A DNA stretch of 64,000 nucleotides from Octopus sinensis (taxonomy: Eukaryota), in the NCBI RefSeq assembly GCF_006345805.1, contig NC_043024.1, positions 1,674,001 through 1,738,000 of the forward strand, written 5' to 3'. Shown piece after piece: positions 24,329 to 36,870 of this stretch. A model generated the notes under the pieces. That model saw nothing but the letters and a program-made list of their open reading frames with translations, was not told the origin of the DNA and did not search any database. How positions within the stretch are numbered: position 1 is the stretch's first letter; each line of letters starts with the position of its first letter. Position numbers and translations under genes: made by a program.

Positions 24329-25527
24329 GTATGTGTGTGTGTGTGTGTCTATACACACACACACACAAGCACTCACCACATGGAAAGACTTGTTGAAACT
24401 GTAAGACCATATGTTAAAAATAACCTGCTTTACTGTATTTTCAATTACACAACACTCACTCAGTCTTCTTCTTGTTATTGTTGTTGTTGATGTGAAGAAG
24501 AAGAAGAAGTGGGTGGTGTCTCAGTTGTTCTCTAAACGATTCCAGTTTCCCAAAACAACCTGTGCACATTCCCATACATGCAGTTGGTGCGTCTCCCATC
24601 CCTACTTTGCCACAAAGCAGCTAAGTCTATACTTTGCTGAGGAGGTCATAAGACTGAAACATGAAGTTATCAGCTGTCATCATCATCATCCTCATTTAGA
24701 CGGCTTGACTGAAAATGGTAAGCCAGGGAGCTCTACCAGGTTCCAGTCTGAATTTGGCTTGGTTTCTACAGCCGGATGCTCTTCCTAACACCAATTACTT
24801 CAAGAGTGCAGTGGGGGGGTACCTTTTATGTGTCACTGGGACAGATGCTTTCACATGTCACTGGCACCGGCCAAGACAACGACTTCACTTGGCTTGGTAT
24901 GTCTTCTCAAGCACAGCAAATCACCAAAGGTTGCAATCAATTGTCATCACCCGTGTGAGGGCCCCACATTTGGCGGTCATGCTTCGTCCCCTTGTCCCAT
25001 TTGTCAATATAATATGATATGAGCCGTTGCCTAAAACTGTTGCTTCTCCAGCACATAATTGTTCCCAGCTAACTTTCTGAATATCCCCTACATTAAATAC
25101 AGGGCATACAAGTATTTTGAAAACGCCTGAGTGACAACCGTACCCTGCACAGTTATGGGCTGGTTTTTGGGAAGGCATAACCCCCACCCATTCAGCCACC
25201 TTGCCAGGGATACAGCAATGTCATGGGACTGCAGCATGGTGGATTGTGAAGAGTGAGTGGAAGAGCTCAACTGAGCCAATGGTGCTTCTTATATTGAGGC
25301 TGAGCAGAGGAACCCTAGAAGATCAATGGTCTGGATCACCAAACTTTATCAAGAAAGGTTCTGCAACACGTCCCTAGGAGTGGCATCCATGGTCGAGTAA
25401 TGATCCACTATGACTCAAGCTATTAATTTAAATTCATAAGAATGGAACTGGATGGTGAGAGAGAGTCATGGGAATCCATAAAAGCAGTGAAAAAACATTA
25501 AATATATTGACACTAACTTAACTGTCT

Positions 25528-25760
25528 TATTTCTTTACTGCCCATAAGGGGCTAAACATAGAGGGGACAAACAAGGACAGACAAACGGATTAAGTCGATT
25601 ATATCGACCCCAGTGCGTAACTGGTACTTATTTAATCGACCCCAAAAGGATGAAAGGCAAAGTCGACCTAGGCGGAATTTGGACTCAGAACGTAACGACA
25701 GACGAAATACCGCTAAGCACTTCACCCGGCGTGCTAACGTTTCTGCCAGCTCGCCGCCTT
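25528..25760 (-). mobile_element. SINE family B
   Basis: Full-length reverse-complement copy. Confidence 0.88.
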
Positions 25761-26861
25761 AAGACTTAACTGTCTTTCTGTCTCACCATAATTATTTCTC
25801 GTTAACTTTTTAATATTTCATAACATTAAATATATTAATGTTGGTTCCCAATTTTGGCAGAAGGCCAGCAATTTTGGGGGAAGGCATAACTTGATTATAT
25901 CAGCCCCAGCGTTCAACTGGTACTTAGTTTATTGACCCTAAAAGGATGAAAGGTAAAGTCAACCTTGGCAGAATTCGAACTCAGAATGTAGATACACAAA
26001 ATACCGCTAAGCATTTAGTCCGGCACACCACCTTATTAAAGATATTGGTTCCAAATTTCAGCACAAACCCATTAATTTTGGAGGAGGGAGTAAATTGATT
26101 ACATTCACCCCAGTGTATAGCTGGTACTTATTTTATCGACCCTGAAAAGATGGAAGGCTTCTTGTAATCCAGTCAAGGCTTTGGTCAGCCTAGGGCTATA
26201 GCAGAAGACACTTGCCCAAGGTGGCATGCAGGGGGACTGAACACCAGAACCCTGTGGTAGGGAAGCAAGCTTCTTACCACAGAGCCACACCTGTGCCCTT
26301 ATTTGTTTCTGTATTTTATTTTTGTATTTCAGACAAAACTGGAAAGATTGGTGCTGACGACATTTGCAGACCTCCTTCAGCCTGATTTGTATCCATTAGT
26401 AAAATCACACACACACTTCAGCAGATACTAAAGAAACAAGCAAACCAGTCAAAACTGAGGCACATAATTTTTTAAAGGTTGCACAAACTGGAGGAGAGTG
26501 ACACAAGAAGAAAAACACAAATGAATAAAATAAAAACACAACAGCATCCTAATAAATCAATATTGTTTATACAATAAACGAGAAAATAACGAACTTGTCA
26601 ACAAAGAATGTCACAGATTGTATTAATCAACTTTTACACGATAAATTGCTTAAAACATTCTGCCTAAACGAAGATTTGAAAATTGCTCGTTATTTTGATC
26701 AGATGCCTTTGTCAGGTTACTTGGGAGGTCTTCCCTGAGTGCAACTAGTAACATGGAATTCAGTACAACCTGTTGGTGATTAAACGGCACCCTGTCCACT
26801 AGGCTTGCTAGAAAGCCAGCAAGACTGAAAACAAGACCTGTCAAAAGAACAGAAGAACCTA

Positions 26862-27079
26862 CGAGACAGGTACTAAAAAATTCTTGGCTTTAAGGGTATT
26901 GTGAAAGGCCTGGCTAGAGGCCAAACCTTCTGAGTTATTTTTACAGGGTTTCGAAAAACTGAAGGACCGCTACAATAGATGTATGAATCTGAGAGGGGAA
27001 TTTGTTGAATAAAATCATTATTAACTGATCCTCTTGTATTTTCTTTTACCCAAAGTCAGGAATTTTTCATCACCCCTCG
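26862..27079 (+). mobile_element. Mariner-derived MITE
   Basis: TA TSDs at 26860-61 and 27080-81, imperfect ~28-bp TIRs. Internal QGFEKLKDRYNRCMNLRGEFVE* is a mariner transposase C-terminus. Confidence 0.8.
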
Positions 27080-27097
27080 TATGTGTGTGTGTGCGTG

Positions 27098-27144
<47 letters not shown>

Positions 27145-27145
27145 T

Positions 27146-27236
<91 letters not shown>

Positions 27237-27443
27237 TTGTGTGTGTGGAGGTGCGTGGCTTAGTGGTTAGGGTGTCAGCATCGTGATCGTAAGATTGTGA
27301 TTTTGATTCCTGGACACTTCATTTCACATTGCTCCAGTCCACTCAGCTAGCAAAAATGAGTAACACTGCGAGTGCCTGGCGTCCCATCCAGCTGGGGAAC
27401 ACATACGCCATAGAAACCGGGAAACTGGGCCCATTATTTTATT

Positions 27444-27533
<90 letters not shown>

Positions 27534-27857
27534 CATACATATATATATCACGTGATCACGTGACCGACCAGACCATCAGATGTTGTTACACATCGCTGGT
27601 CACAATGCGTTCGCATTGTTTTAGCCTTCGAATGACGCCACCCCGCTGGCTAAGCGAGCAGGCCAACAGAAGAAAGAGGGGGAGAAAGAGTGGTGAAAGA
27701 GTACAGCAGGGATCGCCACCTTCTGCCGGAGCATCAAGGAGCTTTTAGGTGTTTTCGCTCAATAAACACTCACAACGCCCGGCCTGGGAATCGAAACTGC
27801 GATCCTACAACTGTGAGACCGCTGCCCTAACCACTGGGCCATATATATATATATACA

Positions 27858-28075
27858 CAAGGGGGTACTCAAAAGTTTCTGGCTTTAAGGGTATAGTGAA
27901 AGGCCTGGTTGGAGACCCAACCTTCTGAGTTCTTTTACAGGACTTAAGAAAAGCAGAAGGACCACTGCAATAAGTGTGTGAACCTGAGAGGGGAATATAT
28001 TGAATAAAATCATAATTAAGTGATCTTCGTTTATTTTCTTTTGCACAAAGCAAGGAACTATTCAGCACCCCCTCA
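27858..28075 (+). mobile_element. Mariner-derived MITE (same family)
   Basis: CAAGGGGGTACTCAAAAGTTTCTGGCTTT ... AAAGCAAGGAACTATTCAGCACCCCCTCA-TA, with the same internal sequence as 26862. Confidence 0.8.
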
Positions 28076-28724
28076 TATGTGACAGAGAAAAAAACAAGAG
28101 TATTATTAGATCAGACATAAATTTATATATAATCGTGTGAGTGCATGTGTGTTTGTGTCTTCTTGATGTAGCAAGATGGTCGTAAAATTACTGATGCTGT
28201 CATACACGCAGCCTCGTTCATTTCCGATATTCTGCGAGAACCTGTCTGACCCTGGGAAACCATTACCTTGCTTGGAAACAGGTGAGGATTAATGGCAGGA
28301 AGGGCGTCCTGCCATAGAAAATCTGCCTCAATAAACACAGCTTGACACATGAATAGCATGAAAAGGCAGACATTAAAACGATGAAGAACTGGTTGTAAAA
28401 ATATACAACCACAAGCTAAGACCTGTCTTAGGCTTAAGATCACAATAATCCCTCCTTAGCCATCTTAGTTTATGGCACAACCATATGGCATTCAGGGAGA
28501 GCAAATCTATTTTGTGGAATTTTATGTAGGACAAACCAGTAAGTATCCATTGTGATGACATAGCAAGCCAGCTCTGACAATACCTGTTCGAACAAGACAG
28601 AAAGACAGGGAGCCTCTGTGATCTCTCAATCTGCTAGAAATAACAGCAAACCCTCCCTTAGGTTATACTTTACTATCTTAAATAAGGAATCAATATATTA
28701 ATGTAACCCTAAAATATTCTTTAA

Positions 28725-28947
28725 CCCTTTTGTTACCAACCCGGCCGAAACCGGCTCTGGCTCTGTAGTACAAATATCTTGTTTTCGTAAGTTTTGAATT
28801 AAAATCTTTTGCTAAGCCTTAGTCACAACTTATGTTCCTAACACTAGCTTAATGATAACGAAGTTATTTTAGTAAATTCTTTGTTTATATTTAAAATTGA
28901 TTGAAAGAAACACAGAGCATCTCAACAGAAATACAGTAACGAAAGTG
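28725..28947. mobile_element. piggyBac-like MITE (TTAA TSD)
   Basis: TTAA-CCCTTTTGTTAC ... GTAACGAAAGTG-TTAA. Confidence 0.75.
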
Positions 28948-29769
28948 TTAAAGGGTAGGGTGGTGAGTATTGTTGTTGCTAGGCCTAGCTCATTGTAAAG
29001 CAAATACCATCATAGGTGATGGTCAGGATACAGCGGAAAAGGCAAACCTCTGGATTTGGTTAAAAAGAGACAATGAGCAATGGTTAGAAGAATATTCTTT
29101 TCTCCTCTAAGCACAAGGCCTGAAATTTTGGGGGAGGGGTCCAGTCGATTAGATCACCCCCAGTATACAACTGGTACTTAATTTATTGACCCTGAAAGGA
29201 CGAAAGGCAAAGCCAACCTCGACGGAATTTGAACTCAGAATGTAAAGACAGACGAAATACTGCTAAGCATTTCGCCCGGCGTGCTAACGATTCTGCCAGC
29301 TTGCCGTCTTTAATGGCTAGAAGGATATTGAGCGAAGCCTAGTAAACAGTTGATCGAGCAAGCGGGGCAGTGAGCAATAATGGTGTAGAGAGGGAGGCCC
29401 CAAAATTTCGTCTGTCTTTATGTTCTGAGTTCAAATTCCACCGAGGTTGTCTTTGCCTTTCATCCCTTTCAGGGTCAATAATAGGTACCAGTTGAGTACT
29501 GGGGTCAATGTAATTGACTTACCCCCTCCCCAGAAATTGCTAGCCTTGTACCAAAATTGGAAATCAATGTTATTTTATACAGTACATATATGCAGTCGTG
29601 GCTGTGTGGGGTAAGAAGCTTGTTTCTCAAACACAAGGTTCTGGGTTCAGTCCCACTGTGGGGCACCTTGGGCCAACCAAAACCTTGTCAGTGGATTCGG
29701 TAGATGGAAACTGAAAGAAACCCATCGTATATACAGACACTTACACACACACACACATCTCTGGAGATA

Positions 29770-30320
29770 TGCTGTGACTGCAAAGACCCGACAAATAATG
29801 TGAGTTCATGGCTGCTTCCTGCACCAGTTTCGCATAGCCCCAGCCCATCCAAAGTTCCTTGGATTGCAGAATGACCTGCTGTGCTTACCTTGGATCGTAG
29901 GGCGACCTGCTGTGCTTGAGAAGACCTATTGAGTCAAGTACATCAACATCAAAATAAATATCAAATGGAAATTGTAGTTGTGATCGTGGCTGCTGTCAGA
30001 CTCCCCGTGGCACGTAAAAAGCACCAACCGATCATGGTCGCTGCCATATCCCCTCTTGGCACCTGTGCCGGTGGCACGTAAAAAGCACCAACCGATCGTG
30101 GCCACTGCCAGACTCCGCCGGGCACCTGTGCCGGTGGCACGTAAAAAGCACCCACTACACTCACGGAGTGGTTGGCGTTAGGAAGGGCATCCAGCTGTAG
30201 AAACACTGCCAGATCAGACTGGAGCCTGGAGCAGCCTCCTGGCTTCCCAGACCCTGGTCAAACCGTCCAACCCGTGCTAGCACAGAAAACAGATGTTAAA
30301 CGATGATGATGATGATGATA
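29770..30320 (+). mobile_element. Family C retroposon ((GAT)n tail, internal module array)
   Basis: 3' part GGAGTGGTTGGCGTTAGGAAGGGCATCCAGCTGTAG...CATGCTAGCATGGAAAGCGGACGTTAAACGATGAT. Three GTGGCACGTAAAAAGCACC modules. Confidence 0.8.
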
Positions 30321-30489
30321 TATATATATATATTTTATTCCATTCTGTATCACAACTGCTCAACAAATGGAAAAAATGAAACTGTGTAGCAGTTTTCTTT
30401 TCTGATGAATTTGCAGTTTTAATAAGAAAAGTATATACATATTTTGGAAGCACTCTCCGTCGGTTACGACGACGAGGGTTCCGGTTGAT

Positions 30490-30822
30490 CCGATCGGCGG
30501 AACAGCCTGCTCGTGAAATTAACGTGTAAGTGGCTGAGCACTCCACAGACACGTGTACCCTTAACGTAGTTCTCGGGGATATTCAGCGTGACACAGAGAG
30601 TGACAAGGCTGGCCCTTTGAAATACAGGTACAACAGACAGGAAGTAAGAGAGAAAGTTGTGGTGAAAGAGTACAGCAGGGATCACCACCATCCCCTGCTG
30701 GAGCCTCATGGAGCTTTAGGTGTTTTCGCTCAATAAACACTCACAACGCCTGGTCTGGGAATCGAAACCGCGATCCTACGACCGCGAGTCCGCTGCCCTA
30801 ACCACTGGTCCATTGCGCCTCC
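30490..30822 (-). mobile_element. SINE family D (tRNA-type head GGCGCAATGGACCAGTGGTTAGGG...GGTTTCGATTCC)
   Basis: A/B-box-like head. Related heads at 5380, 5600, 27250, 27840, 48717 and 49135. Confidence 0.75.
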
Positions 30823-31214
30823 ACATATATGTGTGTGTTTGTCCCACACCACCAGTTGACAGCTGGTGTTGGTGTGTTTACATCCCTGTAACTTAGCGAT
30901 TAGAATATGCACTGGGTTTTAAAAATGAGTCCGGGTTAATGGGGTTAGTCAATTGGTTTCAACTAAAACCATCCCAGTTGGCGCCCCAGCATGGCCGTAG
31001 TCAAAATGAGTGAAATGAGTCTGAGAGATAAAAGATGCGGGAGTTCTAACGAGTGAGACAACTGACAGTAGAAGTCAAGCTGATTATCTGCTGTAATTAA
31101 TGACGAACATTAGAAATAAATTGAAAGAAAGGTCAAAGACAGGCACCTGTCATCACAAACAAATGACATATTTATAGATCTGGCAGCTGTTCGTCTATAC
31201 ATACATACATACAT

Positions 31215-31590
31215 AGGTGTAGGAGTGGCTGTGTGGTAAGTAACTTGCTAACCAACCACATGGTTCCGGGTTCAGTCCCACTGCGTGGCACCTTGGGCAA
31301 GTGTCTTCTGCTATAGCCCCGGGCCGACCCATGCCTTGTGAGTGGATTTGGTAGACGGAAACTGAAAGAAGCCTGTTGTATATATGTGCGTGCATGTGTG
31401 TGTCTGTCTCCCCAACATCGCTTGACAACCGATGCAGGTGTGTTTATGCCCCTGTAACTTAGCGGTTCGGCAAAAAAGACTGATAGAATAAGTACTAAGC
31501 TTACAAAGAATAAGTCCTGGGGTCAATTTGTTTGATTATAGCAGTGTTCCAGCATGGCCACACTCATATGACTGAAACAAACAAAAGAAT
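31215..31590 (+). mobile_element. SINE family A
   Basis: Head, microsatellite and tail as above. Confidence 0.85.
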
Positions 31591-31904
31591 ACACACACAC
31601 ACACACATATACATACATACATATATGTATATATAGGCACAAGTGAGGGTTGGCAACAGGAAGGGCGTCCAGCTGTAGACAATCTGCCACAACAATCTCT
31701 GACCCACACAAACAAGGAAAAGTGGACGGTAAAATTACAATGATGATACAAATTTACGTGTGCCTACATACATATATACACATGTTGATATACACAAACA
31801 CACACACACACACGTACAGACATGCATGTGTTTATAAATATATGTGTGTGTACACATGCATATATACATTTACACATATACACACACACATTTCTATAAA
31901 TATA

Positions 31905-32160
31905 TGTGTCGGTGGCACATAAAAAAACACCATCCGAGCGTGGCCGTTCGCCAGCCTCGTCTGGCACCTGTGTCGGTGGCACATAAAATCACCCACTACA
32001 CTCACGGAGTGGTTGGCGTTAGGAAGGGCATCCAGCTGTAGAAACATTGCCAGATAAGACTGGAGCCTGGTGCAGCCTTCTGGCTTCCCAGACCCCAGTT
32101 GAACCGTCCAACCCATGCTAGCATGGAAAGCGGACGTTAAACAATGATGATGATGATATG
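31905..32160 (+). mobile_element. Family C retroposon
   Basis: Two modules, conserved 3' part and (GAT)n tail. Confidence 0.82.
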
Positions 32161-32706
32161 TATATATGTGTATAATATACATATATTCATATAAATGGAC
32201 ATAGATGTGTACACAGGCTGATACCCTAAAAGCAAGAAGCCACATAAAATGCATTGATGTGGGTGCTGGGGCCCCCATAAAAGCACCCAGTACACTCTGT
32301 TAAGTAGTTGGCATTAGGAAGGGCACCCAGCTGTAGAAACTGGTGTCGCCCCTGGTCTTGCCAGTTCCTGCCAAGCTGTCCAACCCATGCCAGCATGGGA
32401 AATCAACACTGAATGATCCTTCTGCAATAGTCTCGGGCCAGACAAACTCTTGTGAGCGGAAACTAAAAGAAGCCTGTTGTATATATGTGTGTGTGTGTTT
32501 GTGCCTCCCCCACCCACTGCTTCACAACTGGTGTTGGTGTGTTTGCATCCCCATAACTTAGCAGTTTGGCAAAAGAGATGGATAGACTAAGTACTAGGTT
32601 TAAAAAAGAAGTATTGGGGTCAATTCATTTGACTAAAAAATTCATGCCGGTGCCCCAGCATGGCCGCAATCTAATGACTGAAGCAAGTAAAAGATTAAAC
32701 ACACAC

Positions 32707-32779
32707 ATCGAAATAGCTCAGTTGGGAGAGTGTTAGACTGAAGATCCAAAGGTCCCTGGTTCAATCCTTGATTTTGGCA
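32707..32779 (+). pseudogene. Degenerate tRNA-Phe(GAA) copy
   Basis: 73 nt colinear with eukaryotic tRNA-Phe (GCCGAAATAGCTCAGTTGGGAGAG...GACTGAAGA...GGTCCCTGGTTC). Anticodon GAA at 32740-32742 (position 34). Mismatches in the acceptor, anticodon and T stems, mostly C>T or G>A. Confidence 0.88.
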
Positions 32780-32974
32780 TCCAGTGGCTGGCTTGCCTCC
32801 TTTTTGATCCAGGGTCTCTTGAGCCACAGAAACAAACCGAAACAGAGACAGGAGCATGATTACAGCCGATGGACAAACTGGATCCTGTGAAAAAGTCAGG
32901 ATGGAACACACAAATGATTATGATGATGGCATGAATTTGAAGGTGTATGCATATATATGCATATGTATACCCCG

Positions 32975-33290
32975 TGCCGGTGACACGCAAAAGCACCATC
33001 CGTTTCGTGGCCGTTTGCCAGCTCTGTCTGGCCCCTGTGTTGGTGACACGTAAAAGTACCATCCGTTTGTAGCCGTTTGCCAGCTCTGTCTGGCACCAGT
33101 GCGGGTGGCACGTAAAAAGCACCCACTACACTCACGGAGTGGTTGGCGTTAGGAAGGGCATCCAGCCGTAGAAACTCTGCCAGATCTGACTGGGCCTGAT
33201 GAAGCCTTCTGGCTTCACAGACCCCAGTAGAACCGTCCAACCCATGCTAGCATGGAAAGCGGACGCTAAATGATGATGATGATGATGATA
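32975..33290 (+). mobile_element. Family C retroposon
   Basis: Three modules, conserved 3' part and (GAT)n tail. Confidence 0.82.
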
Positions 33291-33627
33291 TACTTACATA
33301 TACATCTGCATACATGTACATAAACATATATATACACATATGAATGCATATATAAATGCTTACACATGTGTATTACATATGTATGTATGCATACACAAAG
33401 ATGTTTCTATATACATGCATATATATGCACGTTTGTTCCCCACCACCATTCGACAACCTGTGTTGGTGTGTTTATGTCCTCATAACTTGACAGTTTGGTA
33501 AAGAGATTGATATTCAGACGTACCAGGCTTAGAAAAACATTTGAAAAGTATTAGGGCTGATTTTCAAGGTGGTGCCCCAGAATGGCCAAAGTCTAAGAAC
33601 TGAAACAAATAAAAAGGATATATGTAC

Positions 33628-34181
33628 AGGCGCAGGAGTGGCTGTGTGGTAAGTAGCTTGCTTACCAACCACATGGTTCCAGGTTCAGTCCCAGTGTGTG
33701 GCACCTTGATCAAGTGTCTTCTACTATAGCCTTGGGCCAACCAGAGTCTTGTGAGTGGATTTGGCAGATGGAAACTGAAAGAAGCCCGTCATATATATGT
33801 GTGTGTCTGTGTTTGTCCCCCAACCATCGCTTGACAACCAATGTTGGTGTGTTTACATCCCCATAACTTAGCGGTTCGAGACCGATAGAATAAGTACTAG
33901 GCTTACAAAAGATAAGTCCCGGGATCGATTTGTTCGACTAAAAGTGGTGCCCCAACATGGCCGCAGTCAAATGACTGAAACAAATAAAAATATATATATA
34001 TATAGGCGCAGGAGTGGCTGTGTGATAAGTAGCTTGCTTACCAACCACATAGTTCCGGGTTCAGTCCCACTGTGTGGAACCTTGGGCAAATGTCTTCTAC
34101 TATAGCCTCGGGCTGACCAAAGCCTTGTGAGTGGATTTGGTAGACGGAAACTGAAAGAAGCTCGTCGTATATATGTATATA

Positions 34182-34212
<31 letters not shown>

Positions 34213-34408
34213 TTATGTGTTTGTCCCCCCAACATCGCTTGACAACCGATGCTGGTGTGTTTACGTCCCCGTCAATTAGCGGTTCGGCAAAAGAGACCGA
34301 TAGAATAAGTACTGGGCTTACAAAGAATAAGTCCTGGGGTCGATTTGCTCGACTAAAGGCGGTGCTCCAGCATGGCCACAGTCAAATGACTGAAACAAGT
34401 AAAAGAAT
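33628..34408 (+). mobile_element. Two adjacent SINE family A copies (~33628-33990 and ~34004-34408)
   Basis: Two complete head-microsatellite-tail units separated by (TA)n. Confidence 0.85.
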
Positions 34409-34728
34409 ATATATATATATATATCGAAGCACCCCGTACTGCCTTGCTGTTTTGTTATTTTTCTTTCACTCCCCCAAACCCCTATTTTTTCCCTTGTTTT
34501 TCTTTTGCAAAATAGATTCCTGTCCATATTTTGAAAAAAAAAAGAAAAAGATCTGTCCACATGCGATAGACCTGACTAATAAACAACCGACTGATTGTTC
34601 AGTTAACAACAAGCACACTAAGCAATTAAGCAAGCGATCGATCAGTCAGTCAGTTAACTGGATATTTCACCGACCAACAACGGCAATGAAACTGAACCTA
34701 TTGCACGTGTTATTGTATATACTTATAT

Positions 34729-35085
34729 AATAATAATAATAATAATAATAATTGTGTACAGTGCTCAGGTGCACTACAACTCATCTAAAGTGTATATATA
34801 ATCAGGTGTAGTTTCGGCGGATTTCGGAAAGCATGAGGGCCTTAAAAGATGCAGTGTCATGGCAGTCAACAACTGACGCAGGCAGTTTATTCCATGCTTC
34901 AGCAACTCTGAGCGTGAAAAAATGTTTCCGAAAGTCATGGGAGCTGTATTGTTTTCTGACTTTGTAGGCATGTCCACGTGTGTTAGACACATGGAGATCA
35001 AAAAGGTGTTCAGTGTTGTTGTTGGTGAGGTGGTTGATAACTTTGTGGGTGTTTACCAAGTCCGTCGCCAAACGCCGGAGCTTCA
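34729..35085 (-). mobile_element. CR1-type LINE 3' fragment with (TAA)n/(TTA)n tail
   Basis: ORF 34802-35071 reads TRGH..K...RKHFFTLRVAEAWNKLP..VV....SFK, the CR1 ORF2 C-terminus. Followed by a short 3'UTR and an AAT/TTA tail. Confidence 0.9.
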
Positions 35086-35239
35086 GTGATATAAATATAT
35101 TTAAGCATATATACCACGAGTAGCAGTAATTAAAACGACGATGAACAAAATTGGAAGGTCACATTCGATACAATAACCACTAATAATTGTTGTTGAGAGA
35201 GCAGTGCATGCCATCAAAGTGACACTGGGGTACAAATAT

Positions 35240-35640
35240 ATATTTCTTTACTGCCCACAAGGGGCTAAACACAGAGGGGGACAAACAAGGACAGACAAAC
35301 GGATTAAGTCGATTACATCGACCCCCCAGTGCGTAACTGGTACTTAATTTATCGATCCCAAAAGGATGAATGGCAAAGTCGACCTCGGCGGAATTTGAAC
35401 CCAGAACGTAACGGCAGACGAAATACCTATTTCTTTACTACCCACAAGGGGCTAAACACAGAGAGGACCAACAAGGACAGACAAACGGATTAAGTCGATT
35501 AAATCGACCCCAGTGCGTAACTGGTACTTAATTTATCGACCCCGAAAGGATGAAAGGCAAAGTCGACCTCGGCGGAATTCGAACCCAGGACGTAACGGCA
35601 GACGAAATACGGCTACGCATTTCGCCCGGCGTGCTAAAGT
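35240..35640 (-). mobile_element. SINE family B head-to-tail dimer
   Basis: Two units joined at GAAATACC/TATTTC (~35421-35434). Confidence 0.85.
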
Positions 35641-35984
35641 CCAGAATACCCCATCATGACTACCCGTCTGATAAGGGTACACCTGGCACATGCACCATGT
35701 ACTATTATTATTATATTCAAATTCCGCCGGGGTCGACTAGTCCTTTCGGGGGTCGATAAATCAAGTACCGGTGAAACACTGGGAGATCGATGTAACTAAT
35801 AATTCTATCTCCCCAAATGGCTGGCCTTGTGGCAATATTTGAAACCATTATTGTTATTATTATTATTTATTCTTTACGTGTGTTTGTAGCTTTTCACACC
35901 TGTTACAAGCGAAATTGGAAAATGGGTAGTGGGGTGAACCTTTTACGTATGCACACGTGCGCGTATGCACACGTGCGCGCATAC

Positions 35985-36827
35985 ACACACACACATATAT
36001 ATATATATAATATACACACACACACACATATATACATACACACACACACCACACATATATAATACACACACACACATATATATACATACACACACACACA
36101 TATATAACATACACACACACACATATATAACATACACACACACACATATATATACATACACACACACACACATAATATACATACACACACACACACATAT
36201 ATATACATATACACACACACATATATATACATACACACACACCATATATATACATACACACACACACATTATATACATACACACACACACATATATACAC
36301 ACACACATATATACACACACACCACACACATATACATACACACACACACACACATATATACACACACACACACATATATACATACACACACACACATATA
36401 TACATACACACACACACATATATACATACACACACACACACATATATACATACACACACACACACATATATACATACACACACACACACACATATACATA
36501 CACACACACACACATATATATACATACACACACACACATATATATACACACACACACACACACATATATATACATACACACACACACACACACATATATA
36601 TACATACACACACACACACATATATATACATACACACACACACATATATACATACACACACACACACACATATATACATACACACACACACACACATATA
36701 TATACATACACACACACACACACATATATATACATACACACACACACATATATACATACACACACACACATATATATACATACACACACATTTATATATA
36801 TATACACACACACACATATATATATAT

Positions 36828-36858
<31 letters not shown>

Positions 36859-36870
36859 CACACATACGTA
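35985..36870. repeat. Compound (CA)n/(TA)n microsatellite array
   Basis: Unit ATATATACATACACACACACAC repeated. Confidence 0.97.

Noticed and set aside
25020-25420. Possible coding exons
   Set aside because: Multiple stops; partial similarity (CCAGGGATACAG...ATGGTGGATTGTGAA) to the RTE 3' end at 48311 suggests a decayed LINE.
29990-30160. Constant repeat with variable spacers resembling a CRISPR array (also at 55715-55935)
   Set aside because: The spacers are homologous to each other, the arrays are always attached to a (GAT)n-tailed retroposon, there are no cas genes, and the context is a spliceosomal eukaryotic gene.
32707-32779. Functional tRNA-Phe gene
   Set aside because: Unpaired positions in the acceptor, anticodon and T stems make function unlikely; listed as a pseudogene.
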